Source of the DNA: Vicinamibacterales bacterium
Lineage (GTDB): Bacteria > Acidobacteriota > Vicinamibacteria > Vicinamibacterales > SCN-69-37
Length of the DNA: 64,000 bases
Assembly (NCBI GenBank): GCA_036675475.1
Contig: JAKFEY010000059.1
Span: 73,663-137,662, forward strand
Direction of reading: 5' to 3'
Shown: piece by piece, positions 17,839 through 30,751 of the stretch
How positions within the stretch are numbered: the first letter of the stretch is position 1
Layout: each line of letters opens with the position of its first letter
Translations under genes and position numbers: made by a program
The notes under the pieces: generated by a model
Seen by the model: the letters and a program-made list of their open reading frames with translations, nothing else
Databases searched by the model: none
What the model was told of the DNA's origin: nothing

Positions 17839-19665
17839 ATGGGTGCTTCCGCCGCGACGCCGCCGAGCCGCCTGGACAGCCCCGTCGACCCCGCGCGCGA
17901 CCACATCCTGGGCCCCGTCGACGCGCCCATCACGCTGGTCGAATACGGAAGCTACGCGTGCCCGCATTGCCGGGCGGCGAACGAGCGGATCGCGGAGGTG
18001 CGCGCGCAGCTCGGCGATCGCATCCGGTACGTGTTCCGCCATCGGCCCATCCACCACGAACTGGCGCGGCCGTCGGCCGAACTCGCCGAGATGGCGGCAG
18101 ACGAGGAGCAGTTCTGGAAGGCGCACGTTGCGCTGATGACGCGGTCGGAGATGCTGACCGAAAGCGATCTGCGCGCCGTGGCCGACGGCCTCGGTATCGT
18201 CGAGGGCAGTGCCGAGGCGGCCGTGGCGCGCGCGCGCGCCAGAGCGCGCGTCGACGAGGACATCGAGAGCGGGCGGGCGAGCGGGGTGTTCATCACGCCG
18301 ACGTTCTTCATCAACGGCCGGCGCTATGAGGGCCTGTGGGAAGAAGAGGCGTTCGCAGGTGCCCTGATCGGATCGCTGGGCCATCGCGTGCGCGCGGCGG
18401 CGCTCGAGTTTGGCCGCTGGTCGCCCTCGGCCGGATTGCTGCTGCTGGCGGCGACGCTGCTGGCGATCGCGCTCACGAATTCGGCGGCGGGCCCCGCCTT
18501 CACGGCGTTCTGGCAGCAGACGGCAGGCCTGACGTTCGGCGGCGGCGGCTTCAGCATGTCGCTGCTGCACTGGGTCAACGACGCGCTGCTCACGATCTTC
18601 TTCCTGGTCGTCGGCCTCGAGATCAAACGCGAGTTCAGCGTCGGGCATCTGTCGAGCCGGCGATCGGCGTCGCTGCCGATTGCCGCGGCGCTGGGCGGCA
18701 TGGCCGTGCCCGTGTTGCTGTATCGCCTGGTCGTGCCTGACGGACCGTGGGCGCACGGGTGGGGCGTGCCGATGGCCACCGACACCGCCTTCGCGGTTGC
18801 GCTCATCGCGATGATGGGCAGCCGCGTGCCGATCGAACTGCGCATCTTTCTGACGGCCGCGGCGATCGTCGACGACATTGGCGCGATCCTGGTCGTCGCC
18901 CTGTTCTATTCGGGCGATCTGCAGACGTCATGGCTCGCCGCCGCTGCCGGCATCACCGTGCTGCTCGCGCTGCTGAATCGCGCTGGTGTCTACAGCGTGA
19001 CGCCGTACCTGCTGCTGGGCGTCGCGCTCTGGAGCGCGGTGCATGCCGGAGGCCTGCACGCCACGCTGGCGGGCGTCATGCTCGCATCGTTCATTCCCAC
19101 ACGGCCGCCCGCGAACCTGCACGCGCTGCGCGCGCAGGCCGACGCCATTCTCATCGCCGAAGCGCGACGCGGCGACGTGCTCCGCGCAGGGCCGTCGGCC
19201 CTCGCCATGCGCGATCTCGACGCCATCCACGATCGGCTCGAATCGCCAGCGGACAGGATGCTGCGTACGGTGTCCGTGCGATCGAGTTACATCGTGCTGC
19301 CGATCTTCGCGCTCGCCAATGCCGGTGTGGTGCTGTCGGCCGAGGCGCTGCGCGGCCGAGAGCCGCTGATGTGGGCGATCACCCTCGGCCTTGCGGCGGG
19401 CAAGCCGCTGGGCCTGTTTGCCGCGTCGGCGCTGGCCGTGCGCACCGGCCTTGCCGTGAAGCCCGACGCCTACTCATGGCGTCAGCTGGCCGGCGCAGGC
19501 GCGCTGGCCGGGATCGGCTTTACGATGTCGCTCTTCATCGCGGGTGAGGCCTTCGCAGACCCTGGCGATTTCGCAGCGGCCAAGATTGCCGTCTTCGCCG
19601 CGTCGGTGCTGTCGGCCGTCATCGGCGTGGCGCTGCTGTGGCGCGAGGGTGACTACACTAGATAG
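17839..19665 (+). CDS. nhaA: DsbA-like thioredoxin domain fused to Na+/H+ antiporter NhaA
   Basis: N-terminal ~190 aa carries CPHC ([12 protein letters not shown]) and a DsbA-type fold. The rest is NhaA ([47 protein letters not shown]). ATG 17839. The 778-aa ORF start inside mgtE is rejected. Confidence 0.85.
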   Translation: MGASAATPPSRLDSPVDPARDHILGPVDAPITLVEYGSYACPHCRAANERIAEVRAQLGDRIRYVFRHRPIHHELARPSAELAEMAADEEQFWKAHVALMTRSEMLTESDLRAVADGLGIVEGSAEAAVARARARARVDEDIESGRASGVFITPTFFINGRRYEGLWEEEAFAGALIGSLGHRVRAAALEFGRWSPSAGLLLLAATLLAIALTNSAAGPAFTAFWQQTAGLTFGGGGFSMSLLHWVNDALLTIFFLVVGLEIKREFSVGHLSSRRSASLPIAAALGGMAVPVLLYRLVVPDGPWAHGWGVPMATDTAFAVALIAMMGSRVPIELRIFLTAAAIVDDIGAILVVALFYSGDLQTSWLAAAAGITVLLALLNRAGVYSVTPYLLLGVALWSAVHAGGLHATLAGVMLASFIPTRPPANLHALRAQADAILIAEARRGDVLRAGPSALAMRDLDAIHDRLESPADRMLRTVSVRSSYIVLPIFALANAGVVLSAEALRGREPLMWAITLGLAAGKPLGLFAASALAVRTGLAVKPDAYSWRQLAGAGALAGIGFTMSLFIAGEAFADPGDFAAAKIAVFAASVLSAVIGVALLWREGDYTR

Positions 19666-19676
19666 GTGAGGCGACC

Positions 19677-20624
19677 ATGAACCTGCTCGGGATTCATCAC
19701 GTCACGGCCATCAGCGGCGACATCCGCGAAAACTATCGCTTCTACACCCAGGTGATGGGCATGCGCCTGGTCAAGCGCTCAGTGAATCAGGACGATGTGA
19801 GCGCGTATCACCTGTTCTATGCCGACGCGAAGGGCAACCCCGGCACCGACCTCACGTTTTTCGACTGGCCCATTCCCAAAGAGCGCTTCGGCACGCGCAG
19901 CATCGTGCGCACACACCTGCGCGTGAAGGCCTCGTCACTCGCCTGGTGGGCGCGCCACTTCGACGAGCTCGAGATCACGCACGGGGAGGTGACGGAGATC
20001 GATGGACGCAAGACGCTGATGTTCGAGGATCGCGAAGGGCAGCGCCTCGCGCTGATCGATGACGGCGGCGAGGGGCCGCCGGCGGCGCCATACGAGCACA
20101 GCCCGATCGAAAAGCGCTATCAGGTGCGCGGACTTGGCCCCGTGGTCGTGAGCGTGCCGACGCTCACGCCGACCGCGGAACTGCTCACGAAGGTGCTGGG
20201 CATGCGCCAGGCGCGCGACTACGGCCATCCCGACAACCCGGCGAACCGCATCCATGTGTTCGAGATGGGCGAGGGCGGCCCGCACGCCGAAGTCCACGTG
20301 GCCGTCGAGCCCGATCTGCCGAACGCCGCGCAGGGCGCCGGCGGCGTCCACCACGTGGCCTTCCGCACGCCCGACGATCAGTACGACGCGTGGCACGAAC
20401 GGCTCAACACGATGCACGTCCCCAACAGCGGTCCCATCGATCGCTTCTGGTTTCGCAGCCTGTATCTGCGCGAGCCGAACGGCGTGCTGTTCGAGATCGC
20501 GACCGAAGGACCCGGCTTCGCGGTCGACGAGGATCCCATGACGCTCGGCGAACGCATCGTGCTGCCGCCCTCGCTCGAGCGCCACCGCAACGAAATCGTC
20601 TCGCGCCTCAAGCCCATCGAGTAG
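19677..20624 (+). CDS. VOC-family ring-cleaving dioxygenase (glyoxalase/bleomycin resistance fold, two-domain)
   Basis: GIHHVTAISGD..., HLFYAD, GGVHHVAFRT, FRSLYLREPNGVLFEIAT. This is the MhqO/YfiE-like architecture. Confidence 0.85.
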   Translation: MNLLGIHHVTAISGDIRENYRFYTQVMGMRLVKRSVNQDDVSAYHLFYADAKGNPGTDLTFFDWPIPKERFGTRSIVRTHLRVKASSLAWWARHFDELEITHGEVTEIDGRKTLMFEDREGQRLALIDDGGEGPPAAPYEHSPIEKRYQVRGLGPVVVSVPTLTPTAELLTKVLGMRQARDYGHPDNPANRIHVFEMGEGGPHAEVHVAVEPDLPNAAQGAGGVHHVAFRTPDDQYDAWHERLNTMHVPNSGPIDRFWFRSLYLREPNGVLFEIATEGPGFAVDEDPMTLGERIVLPPSLERHRNEIVSRLKPIE

Positions 20625-20772
20625 CGCGCGCGAGCGCTGGTGCGGCCGCGCGAAAGGGCGCTCGGGTCAGTCTGTCGCTGCGCCGCGCAGCTCGGGCGAT
20701 CTCAGCTCGCATGACAACCACGGCGCCGCGACAGACCGACCGCTCGCGCTCAGCGCGGCCGGACCAGGCGCA

Positions 20773-20877
20773 GAGCGACGTCCGGTGTTCCTCAGCGACG
20801 CCGTTAAAAAGACGTCGGAGGGACCGCTCTTTGGCCCGACTCTCCTCGGCGGCGCTGAGGAACACCGGACGTCGCTC
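20773..20877 (+). repeat. 105-nt palindromic element, copy A (perfect 25-bp terminal inverted repeats)
   Basis: GAGCGACGTCCGGTGTTCCTCAGCG (20773-97) ... CGCTGAGGAACACCGGACGTCGCTC (20853-77). The conserved asymmetric core is ACGCCGTTAAAAAGACGTCGGAG. Related copies lie at 45978-46097 (reverse) and 48074-48183. Confidence 0.85.
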
Positions 20878-20934
20878 GGAGCCTCCTTCGCGGGCTCACT
20901 CGCGCGCCGGGGACGTTGATAGGATGGACTGGTG

Positions 20935-21126
20935 ATGCCTGACGAGAAGCCTGCTCACGACCATACGCCGGAGGAGGAGCGCAGAATCCGCGAGGCGGCG
21001 CTCGATGAGACCATCGAGGACTCGTTTCCGGCGAGCGATCCCCCTTCGTCGCTGCCGAATCCCGACGACCATGACGCCCTGCGGCCGGGGAGCAGGGGCA
21101 CAAAGCCCGCGCCACCAAGGACTTAG
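20935..21126 (+). CDS. Small conserved hypothetical protein (acidic, DSFPASDPP motif)
   Basis: 63 aa, with AGGA-type RBS 7-8 nt upstream. I recall the LDETIEDSFPASDPPS motif from a widespread small-protein family (unverified). Confidence 0.55.
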   Translation: MPDEKPAHDHTPEEERRIREAALDETIEDSFPASDPPSSLPNPDDHDALRPGSRGTKPAPPRT

Positions 21127-21173
21127 CAGCTAGCACTCGGCCCCCGCCCCGAAGTATGATCATGACTTCGGGC

Positions 21174-21845
21174 ATGCCCGCCTACTCCACCGAAGCGCTG
21201 ATTCTCCGCACGTACCGCTTCGGCGAGGCAGACCTCATCGTGGTGTTTCTCACGCGCGACCGCGGCAAGCGGCGAGGCGTGGCAAAAAATGCCGTGAAGT
21301 CGCGGCGGCGGTTCGGGGCGGCGCTCGAGCCGCTCACGCGCGGCACCGTGGCCTATTTCGAGAAGGAGCAGCGCGAGCTGGTCCGGCTCGATCGGGTCGA
21401 CACGATGGCGTCGCCGCTGGCCAGTGCCATGCGCGGCACGGCCGGCAGCGGGGCGCTCGGCCACGCCGGCTATTTCGCGGAGCTGCTCGATGAGTGGGCG
21501 CCAGACGCGCACGCGAACGAGAAGTTGTTCCGGCTTGGCGCGGCGGTAGGCGATGCGCTGTCGGCAGGGACGCCCGTGGCGCCGCTGGCGCGGTACTTCG
21601 AGTACTGGCTGTTGAAGCTCGAAGGCGTCTACCCGGACATGACCGAGTCGGGCATGTCGGGCGAGGCGCTTGAATTTTTGCGACAGGCGGACGAGACGCC
21701 GCCTGCCGCGGTCGGCACGCTGCGGCTCGGGCGAATCGCCGGCCGCGAGCTCGAGGCCGCGCACCGGCGGTTGATTGCCATGCACCTGGAAAAGGATTTG
21801 CGCTCGGCGCGCGTGCTGAGAGAGATCGGACCCGACCTGCTGTGA
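21174..21845 (+). CDS. recO: DNA repair protein RecO
   Basis: [32 protein letters not shown] (OB fold N-terminus), [13 protein letters not shown] 21174 is preferred. ATG 21156 lies in the loop of the CCCGAAGT/ACTTCGGG hairpin (21143-21167). Confidence 0.85.
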   Translation: MPAYSTEALILRTYRFGEADLIVVFLTRDRGKRRGVAKNAVKSRRRFGAALEPLTRGTVAYFEKEQRELVRLDRVDTMASPLASAMRGTAGSGALGHAGYFAELLDEWAPDAHANEKLFRLGAAVGDALSAGTPVAPLARYFEYWLLKLEGVYPDMTESGMSGEALEFLRQADETPPAAVGTLRLGRIAGRELEAAHRRLIAMHLEKDLRSARVLREIGPDLL

Positions 21846-22783
21846 CCCTTCAGGACCTCATCTTCAAACTGCAGGAATTCTGGAGCGCCCGCGGCTGCAT
21901 CATCCAGCAGCCTCTCGACGTCGAGATGGGCGCCGGCACGATGCATCCCGAAACGTTTCTGCGCGTGCTCGGGCCGACGCACTGGAACGTCGCGTACGTG
22001 CAGCCCGCGCGCCGGCCGGCCGACGGCCGCTTCGGCGAAAACCCCAACCGCCTCTTCAAGCATCACCAGTTTCAGGTCATCCTCAAGCCGTCGCCAGACG
22101 ATGTGCAGCATCTGTATCTGCAGAGCCTCGAGGCCTGCGGCATCGATCTGAGCGCGCACGACGTGCGTTTCGAGGAAGACAACTGGGAGTCGCCGACGCT
22201 CGGCGCGTGGGGCATCGGCTGGCAGGTGCTGTACGACGGCCTGGAGATCAGCCAGTTCACGTACTTCCAGCAGGCGGGCGGACAGGACCTGTCGCCCGTC
22301 TCGGTGGAGATGACCTACGGCCTCGAGCGCCTCGCCATGACGCTGCAGGGCGTCGACAACGTGTTCGATCTGCAGTGGTCGCCCGGCGTCACCTACCGGC
22401 AGGTGCGGTTCGACGATGAAGTGCAGCAGTCGAAGTATGCGTTCGGCCGCGTGCAGGACGTGATGAGCGCGGCGGAGTTCGCGGCCTTCCACCGGGATCT
22501 GTTCGACAAGTACCACGCCTTCGGCCGCAAGCTGATGGAGCAGGGGCTCATCCTGCCCGCGCTCGAGTACTGCCTGAAGTCGTCGCACGTGTTCAACGTG
22601 CTCGACGCCAGCGGCGGCATCGGCGTGACCGAGCGGACCAGCTACATCCTGCGCGTGCGGCAGCTGGCCGTGGCGATTGCCAGGGCGCACCTCGAGCTGG
22701 GCACGACGCAGCTGGGCACGACGCTCGACGCGAACAAGCCGGCGCCGCCGCCGAAACCGCACGCTCCGGTGGCCGGCGCATGA
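21842..22783 (+). CDS. glyQ: Glycine--tRNA ligase alpha subunit
   Basis: [39 protein letters not shown]. Highly conserved GlyQ. GTGA overlap with recO. Confidence 0.95.
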   Translation: MTLQDLIFKLQEFWSARGCIIQQPLDVEMGAGTMHPETFLRVLGPTHWNVAYVQPARRPADGRFGENPNRLFKHHQFQVILKPSPDDVQHLYLQSLEACGIDLSAHDVRFEEDNWESPTLGAWGIGWQVLYDGLEISQFTYFQQAGGQDLSPVSVEMTYGLERLAMTLQGVDNVFDLQWSPGVTYRQVRFDDEVQQSKYAFGRVQDVMSAAEFAAFHRDLFDKYHAFGRKLMEQGLILPALEYCLKSSHVFNVLDASGGIGVTERTSYILRVRQLAVAIARAHLELGTTQLGTTLDANKPAPPPKPHAPVAGA

Positions 22784-24999
22784 CGGTCATGGATCGCGAG
22801 CTGCTGCTCGAAATCGGCGTCGAGGAGCTTCCGGCGTCGTGGCTGCCGGCGCTCACGCGCCAGCTCGGCGAGGTGCTCACCGCGCGGCTCACCGGCATTC
22901 GCGTGCTGCCGCACGCCCCGGTGGAAACCTACAGCACGCCGCGCCGCCTGACGGCGCGCATCGCGAAGCTGGCGGACCGCCAGGAAGATCTGGATGAGAC
23001 GGTCACCGGCCCGCCCGTGTCGGCGGCCCGCGGCGCCGACGGCCAGCCCACGCAGGCCGCGCTCGGCTTTGCGAAGAAGCAAGGCGTGGCGTTCGAGGAG
23101 CTCGAGGAGCTCGACACGCCTAAAGGCCGATACCTCGCGCACCGGCGCAAGGTGCGCGGACGCGCGACGGCCGACGTCCTGGCCGAGGTGCTCGCCGCCG
23201 TGCTTCGGGATCTCACCTTTCCGAAGCAGATGAACTGGGACGCGGCGCTCAACGACGGCAAGGGGGCGCTGCTGTTCGGCCGCCCGATCCGCTGGCTGCT
23301 CTATCTGTACGGCGGGCGCGTCGTGCCGTTTTCGATTCAGCGCAGCGCCATGGCGGCGGGCCCGCGCGTCCAGGACATCGCGACCGGCGCGCTGACGTAC
23401 GGGCATCGCTTCCTGGCGACCAGCGGACGGCCGGGCCGCTCGATCAAGGTCCGCACCTTCGACGACTATCAGGCGCGCCTGGCGGAACACTTCGTGGTGC
23501 TGTCGCGCATCGAGCGCCGCGATCGCATCGTCCGCGGGCTCGAGCGCGCGGCCAAGTCGCTCGGCGGGCGCGCCATGGTGCACGCGCATCCGCGCGCGCA
23601 GCAGCTGCTCGAGGAAGTGCCGGATCTCGTGGAATATCCGGCCGTCGTGGCCGGCATCTTCTCGGCGGAGTTCCTGAGCCTGCCCGAAGAAGTGCTCACG
23701 ACCACGCTGATTCATCATCAACACTGCTTCCCGGTCTGTAACGACGAGGGCGGACTGAAGCCGGGGTTCCTGCAGGTGGTCAACATCGAGCCGCAGGACG
23801 AGCGCGCCATCTCGCGCAATGCGGCGCGCGTCATCACGGCGCGGCTCCGCGACGCGTCGTTCTTCTGGGAGTCGGATCGCGCCACGCGCCTCGACGATCG
23901 GCTCGAGCGCCTCGACACGCTGCAGTTTCACAAGACGCTGGGGTCGTATCGCGCGAAGGCGGAGCGCATCGAGGCGCTGGCGCGCACGATTGCGGCCAAC
24001 GTCCTCGGGCAGCCCCGAGAAGTGGCGGACGCGGCGGCGCGCGCCGCGCGCCTGGCCAAGGCGGATCTCACCACCGACATGGTGCGCGAGTTCACCGAGC
24101 TGCAGGGCACGATGGGCGGCGTGTACGCGCGCGAGCAGGGCGAGCCCGAATGGGTGTGGAAGGCGATTTACTTCCACTACCTGCCGGTGGCCGTCGAAGC
24201 CACCGCCGAGCCGTCGCGCGACAAGCTCGGGGAGGCGGCCGCCACCTGGGCCGCGGTGTCGCTGGCCGACAAGCTCGACACGCTGACCGGCCTCATTGGT
24301 GCAGGCGAAAAGCCCACCGGGTCGCGCGATCCGTTCGGCCTGCGCCGCGCGGCGCACGGCGTGCTGCGCATCCTCGTGGATCTGCCGGAGCTCACCGGCC
24401 TGTCGGCGGCGCCCTCACTGGCCTCGCTGCTGCCGGCCGGCGCGGATGGATTCCTGCACGACTTCATGGTCGAGCGGCTCCGGTACGTGCTCGAGCAACG
24501 CGGGTACGACGCGCGCAACGTGCGCGCCGTCACGCACGCCGGCTCGGACACGAGCCCGCTGGTCGCGCGCCGCAAGCTCGAGGCCCTGCCTGCCGTCGTG
24601 CAGACGCCGGCCTTCCAGCAGCTGGCAACGGCATTCAAGCGCGTGCGCAACATCGCGCGCGAGCTCGACGATGCGGCGTTCGAGGCCGCCGAGAGCGACG
24701 TCAGGAAGCATCCCGACCTGGCCAGGGCGCTGAAGGAGCCGGCCGAGAAGGCGCTGCTCAAGGAGATCGAAGCGCGGCGCGCGGTCATCGAGAAGGCCGC
24801 GGCCAAAGGCGCGGGCTTCAGCGAGGCCTTCGCGGAAGCCGCCGGCGTCGGGCCGGCGGTGGACAGGTTCTTTACCGAGGTGTTCGTGATGGCGGAGGAG
24901 CCGGCGCTGCGCGCCGCGCGCCTGCGCCTGATGAAGCGCCTCGAGCGGTTGATTCTGAAACTGGGCGACGTGTCGGAGATCGTCGCCGAGATCAAGTAG
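22780..24999 (+). CDS. glyS: Glycine--tRNA ligase beta subunit
   Basis: 739 aa. [12 protein letters not shown]-terminus, FSTPRRL-type motif (YSTPRRL). ATGA overlap with glyQ. Confidence 0.95.
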   Translation: MTVMDRELLLEIGVEELPASWLPALTRQLGEVLTARLTGIRVLPHAPVETYSTPRRLTARIAKLADRQEDLDETVTGPPVSAARGADGQPTQAALGFAKKQGVAFEELEELDTPKGRYLAHRRKVRGRATADVLAEVLAAVLRDLTFPKQMNWDAALNDGKGALLFGRPIRWLLYLYGGRVVPFSIQRSAMAAGPRVQDIATGALTYGHRFLATSGRPGRSIKVRTFDDYQARLAEHFVVLSRIERRDRIVRGLERAAKSLGGRAMVHAHPRAQQLLEEVPDLVEYPAVVAGIFSAEFLSLPEEVLTTTLIHHQHCFPVCNDEGGLKPGFLQVVNIEPQDERAISRNAARVITARLRDASFFWESDRATRLDDRLERLDTLQFHKTLGSYRAKAERIEALARTIAANVLGQPREVADAAARAARLAKADLTTDMVREFTELQGTMGGVYAREQGEPEWVWKAIYFHYLPVAVEATAEPSRDKLGEAAATWAAVSLADKLDTLTGLIGAGEKPTGSRDPFGLRRAAHGVLRILVDLPELTGLSAAPSLASLLPAGADGFLHDFMVERLRYVLEQRGYDARNVRAVTHAGSDTSPLVARRKLEALPAVVQTPAFQQLATAFKRVRNIARELDDAAFEAAESDVRKHPDLARALKEPAEKALLKEIEARRAVIEKAAAKGAGFSEAFAEAAGVGPAVDRFFTEVFVMAEEPALRAARLRLMKRLERLILKLGDVSEIVAEIK

Positions 25000-25046
25000 G
25001 CCAGAGGCCACGGGCCACAGGCCATAGGCGAGGAAGCGGAGACGAA

Positions 25047-27879
<2,833 letters not shown>

Positions 27880-27887
<8 letters not shown>

Positions 27888-28845
27888 GATCTTCGTCCAC
27901 GACGAGTCGGGCTGCAGAGAGGCGGCCGGCATCGAGCCGGCGTGGCTGCAGCCCGGCTCGAACGTCCTGCTCTGGGTCGATCTTGCGGCGCCGACGCCGG
28001 CCGAGACCGCGATCCTGTCGGACGTCTTCCATTTCCATGAGCTCGCCGTCGAGGACGCGGTCATGGAAATCCATCATCCCAAGATCGAGGCCTACAACGG
28101 CTATCTGTATCTGATCCTGCACGGCATCGACTTCGAGGAAAGCACGAGGGGCTTTGCCACGCACGACGTGGACTTCTTCCTCGGGCCGTCCTATCTCGTG
28201 ACGGTGCACGACGGCCGGTCGCGATCGATTGCCGAGCAGTACAACGTCTGCATCCGCAACGCGAACGCCATGGGTGAAGGCCCGGGCGCCCTCCTGCACC
28301 GCATCGTCGACGCCATGGTCGACCACTATCGGCCCGAGGTCGAGAAGCTCGAGGACAAGGTCGACGAGCTCGAGACGCACGTGTTCGAGAATCCAGACGT
28401 CAATCCCATTCGCGCGCTGATTGGCGTGAAGAAGGACATCGCGTCGCTGCGCCGGGTCACGCTGCCGCAGCGCGACGCGATCGCGCGGCTGGCGCGCAAG
28501 GAGTTTCCGCAGATCAGCGAGGCGGTCACGTGGCGCATGCGCGACGTGTACGACCATCTCGTCCGTCTGTCGGAGGAGAGTGTCGTGCTGCACGACCGGG
28601 TGACGGGCCTGGTCGACGCGTATCTCTCGTCGCAGTCGAACCGCCTCAATCAGGTCATGAAGCTGATGACCGTGATTGCGACGATCTTCATGCCCCTCAC
28701 GGTGCTCACGGGCCTGTTCGGCATGAACGTGCCGCTGCCGCACATGCCGGGTCCGTCGTGGATGGAGTTCTGGTGGATCACGCTGCTGATGGCCGCGATT
28801 GCCGGCGGCATGCTCTGGAAATTCCGCCGCAACCGCTGGATCTGA
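27880..28845 (+). CDS. corA: Magnesium/cobalt transporter CorA
   Basis: FHELAVED, two C-terminal TM helices with the GMN motif (LFGMNVPLP). GTG start overlaps the ppdK end by 8 nt. Confidence 0.9.
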
Positions 28846-30633
28846 ATGCCCCGAATCCATAGACTGCCGCCGGAGCTTGCCAACCAGATCGCCGCCGGCG
28901 AAGTGGTCGAGCGGCCCGCATCGGTCATCAAGGAACTGGTCGAGAACGCGATTGACGCCGGCGCGCGCCGCGTGTCGGTGACGATTGAGATGGGCGGCAA
29001 GAAGCTCATTCGCGTCGAAGACGATGGCGTGGGGATGGACGCCGAGGATGCGCAGCTGGCGATCGAGCGGCATGCGACGAGCAAGATTCGCGCGTCGAGC
29101 GATCTCGACGGCATTCGCACGCTGGGATTCCGCGGAGAAGCCCTGCCGAGCATCGCGTCGGTGTCGCGCTTCAAGCTGCGCACACGGGCGCGCGGCGCCG
29201 CGAACGGCACGGAGGTGCGGATCGAGGGCGGGCAGGGGCTGACGGTCAGGGAAGTGGGCGCTCCGGAAGGCACGGCCATCGAGGTCGGCGACCTGTTCTA
29301 CAACCTGCCGGCGCGCCGGAAGTTCCTCAAGTCCGACGCCGCGGAATCGGCGCAGGTGTCGAAGCTCGTGACGCAGCTGGCGCTGTGCTATCCCGAAGTG
29401 GGTTTTTCGCTGACGAGCGCCGGACGCAAGGCAATCGAATGGCCGCCTGCGGCATCGCTCGCCGACCGGTTCTTTCAGGTGCACGGCGAGCGCGCGGACC
29501 TGGTGCCGATCGTCAAGGAGGCGGGCGGCATCCGCATCGAGGGCTTCATCGCGGCGCTTGGCGATCAGGGGCCGCTGCGCGGCCAGCAGAACGTCTTCAT
29601 CAACCGGCGCATCGTGAAAGACCGCACGGTGCAGCACGCGATCGTCCAGGCCTACAGCGTGGCGACGATCAAGGAGCGCAGCCCGGAGGTGCACCTGTTC
29701 ATCGCGATCGCGCCCGAGCGCATCGACGTGAACGTGCATCCGACCAAGGCCGAGGTGCGCTTCCTCGAGCAGGCGCTCGTGCACGACGTGCTGCGGCGCG
29801 CCATCGGCGAGGCACTTGGCACCAGCGCGCAGCCGCCGGAACTGTCGCTCGCGCCGCCGGCCGTCGCACCCGGCCTGCCGTCAACATCGCCGCTGCCCGG
29901 CCTGTGGGGCGGCAACACCACGCCCCAGCGCACGGCCGGCTGGAACTACCCGGATCGCCCGTACCCGGCCCCGAACCCGTCGAACCCGTCGAACCAGACA
30001 AGCGAACCTCTCGAACCCCTCGAACCTGCCGAACCCGAGAACCAGGGTTCGCCCGCCCGGCCCATGCTCCCGCTGGGCCAGTTTAGAAACACCTTCATCA
30101 TCTGCGTCGACGATGACGGCCTGGCCATCGTCGATCAGCATGTCGCGCACGAGCGCGTGCTCTTCGAGCAGATCAGCGAGCGGCTGTCGGCCGGGACACT
30201 CGAGTCGCAGCGGCTGCTCGCGCCTATCGTGCTGGAGCTGTCGGCGTCGCAGGCGGAGGCGCTGCTCGGACAAACGGCTGAGCTCGCGCGCCTGGGATTC
30301 GAGGCGGAACCGTTCGGCGGAACGTCGCTGCGCGTTGACGCGGTGCCGGCCCTGCTCGATCTCGGCGAAGCCGAAGCGACGGTGCGCGCGCTGGCCGATG
30401 ATCTCGAGGGCCTCGAGAAGGGAAGCCGCGCCGGCGAGGCGATTCGGCGCATGGCGGCGACGATGGCGTGCCACGCCGCGGTGAAGGCCAACGACCCGCT
30501 GACGCCTGAAAAGATGCGGTACATTCTTGCTGAGCTCGAGCGCACGTCGTACTCGAGCGTCTGCCCGCACGGCCGCCCGGTCGTGCTGCGGCTGACGCGC
30601 CGCGAAATCGAAAAGAACTTTCAGCGGATCTGA
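28846..30633 (+). CDS. mutL: DNA mismatch repair protein MutL (endonuclease-type)
   Basis: GHKL ATPase N-terminus (IAAGEVVERPASVIKELVENAIDAG, DDGVGM). Endonuclease motif DQHVAHERVLFE. Low-complexity Pro/Glu/Asn linker. Confidence 0.95.
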   Translation: MPRIHRLPPELANQIAAGEVVERPASVIKELVENAIDAGARRVSVTIEMGGKKLIRVEDDGVGMDAEDAQLAIERHATSKIRASSDLDGIRTLGFRGEALPSIASVSRFKLRTRARGAANGTEVRIEGGQGLTVREVGAPEGTAIEVGDLFYNLPARRKFLKSDAAESAQVSKLVTQLALCYPEVGFSLTSAGRKAIEWPPAASLADRFFQVHGERADLVPIVKEAGGIRIEGFIAALGDQGPLRGQQNVFINRRIVKDRTVQHAIVQAYSVATIKERSPEVHLFIAIAPERIDVNVHPTKAEVRFLEQALVHDVLRRAIGEALGTSAQPPELSLAPPAVAPGLPSTSPLPGLWGGNTTPQRTAGWNYPDRPYPAPNPSNPSNQTSEPLEPLEPAEPENQGSPARPMLPLGQFRNTFIICVDDDGLAIVDQHVAHERVLFEQISERLSAGTLESQRLLAPIVLELSASQAEALLGQTAELARLGFEAEPFGGTSLRVDAVPALLDLGEAEATVRALADDLEGLEKGSRAGEAIRRMAATMACHAAVKANDPLTPEKMRYILAELERTSYSSVCPHGRPVVLRLTRREIEKNFQRI

Positions 30634-30751
30634 TTCGTCTTCTGTGTTAGTCTCTTCGCACAATCCAAACTAAACGCGCAGCGCTTCCGGGGGCGACGTG
30701 TATTCCTGCCCTGGATCGCGGCTCGGTCTTCGATTCCTTAAGGCGTGGTGT

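Noticed and set aside
22642-24357. 571-aa minus-strand ORF, and the similar 27871-29784 (637 aa) and 26547-28064 (505 aa)
   Set aside because: All are antisense to conserved genes (glyS, ppdK, corA, mutL) and have no recognisable domains. GC-bias artefacts.
24150-25046. The first 299 codons of the 1245-aa ORF containing ppdK
   Set aside because: This part overlaps glyS in another frame and is Arg/Gly/Ala junk. The conserved PPDK sequence and an RBS+ATG start at 25047.
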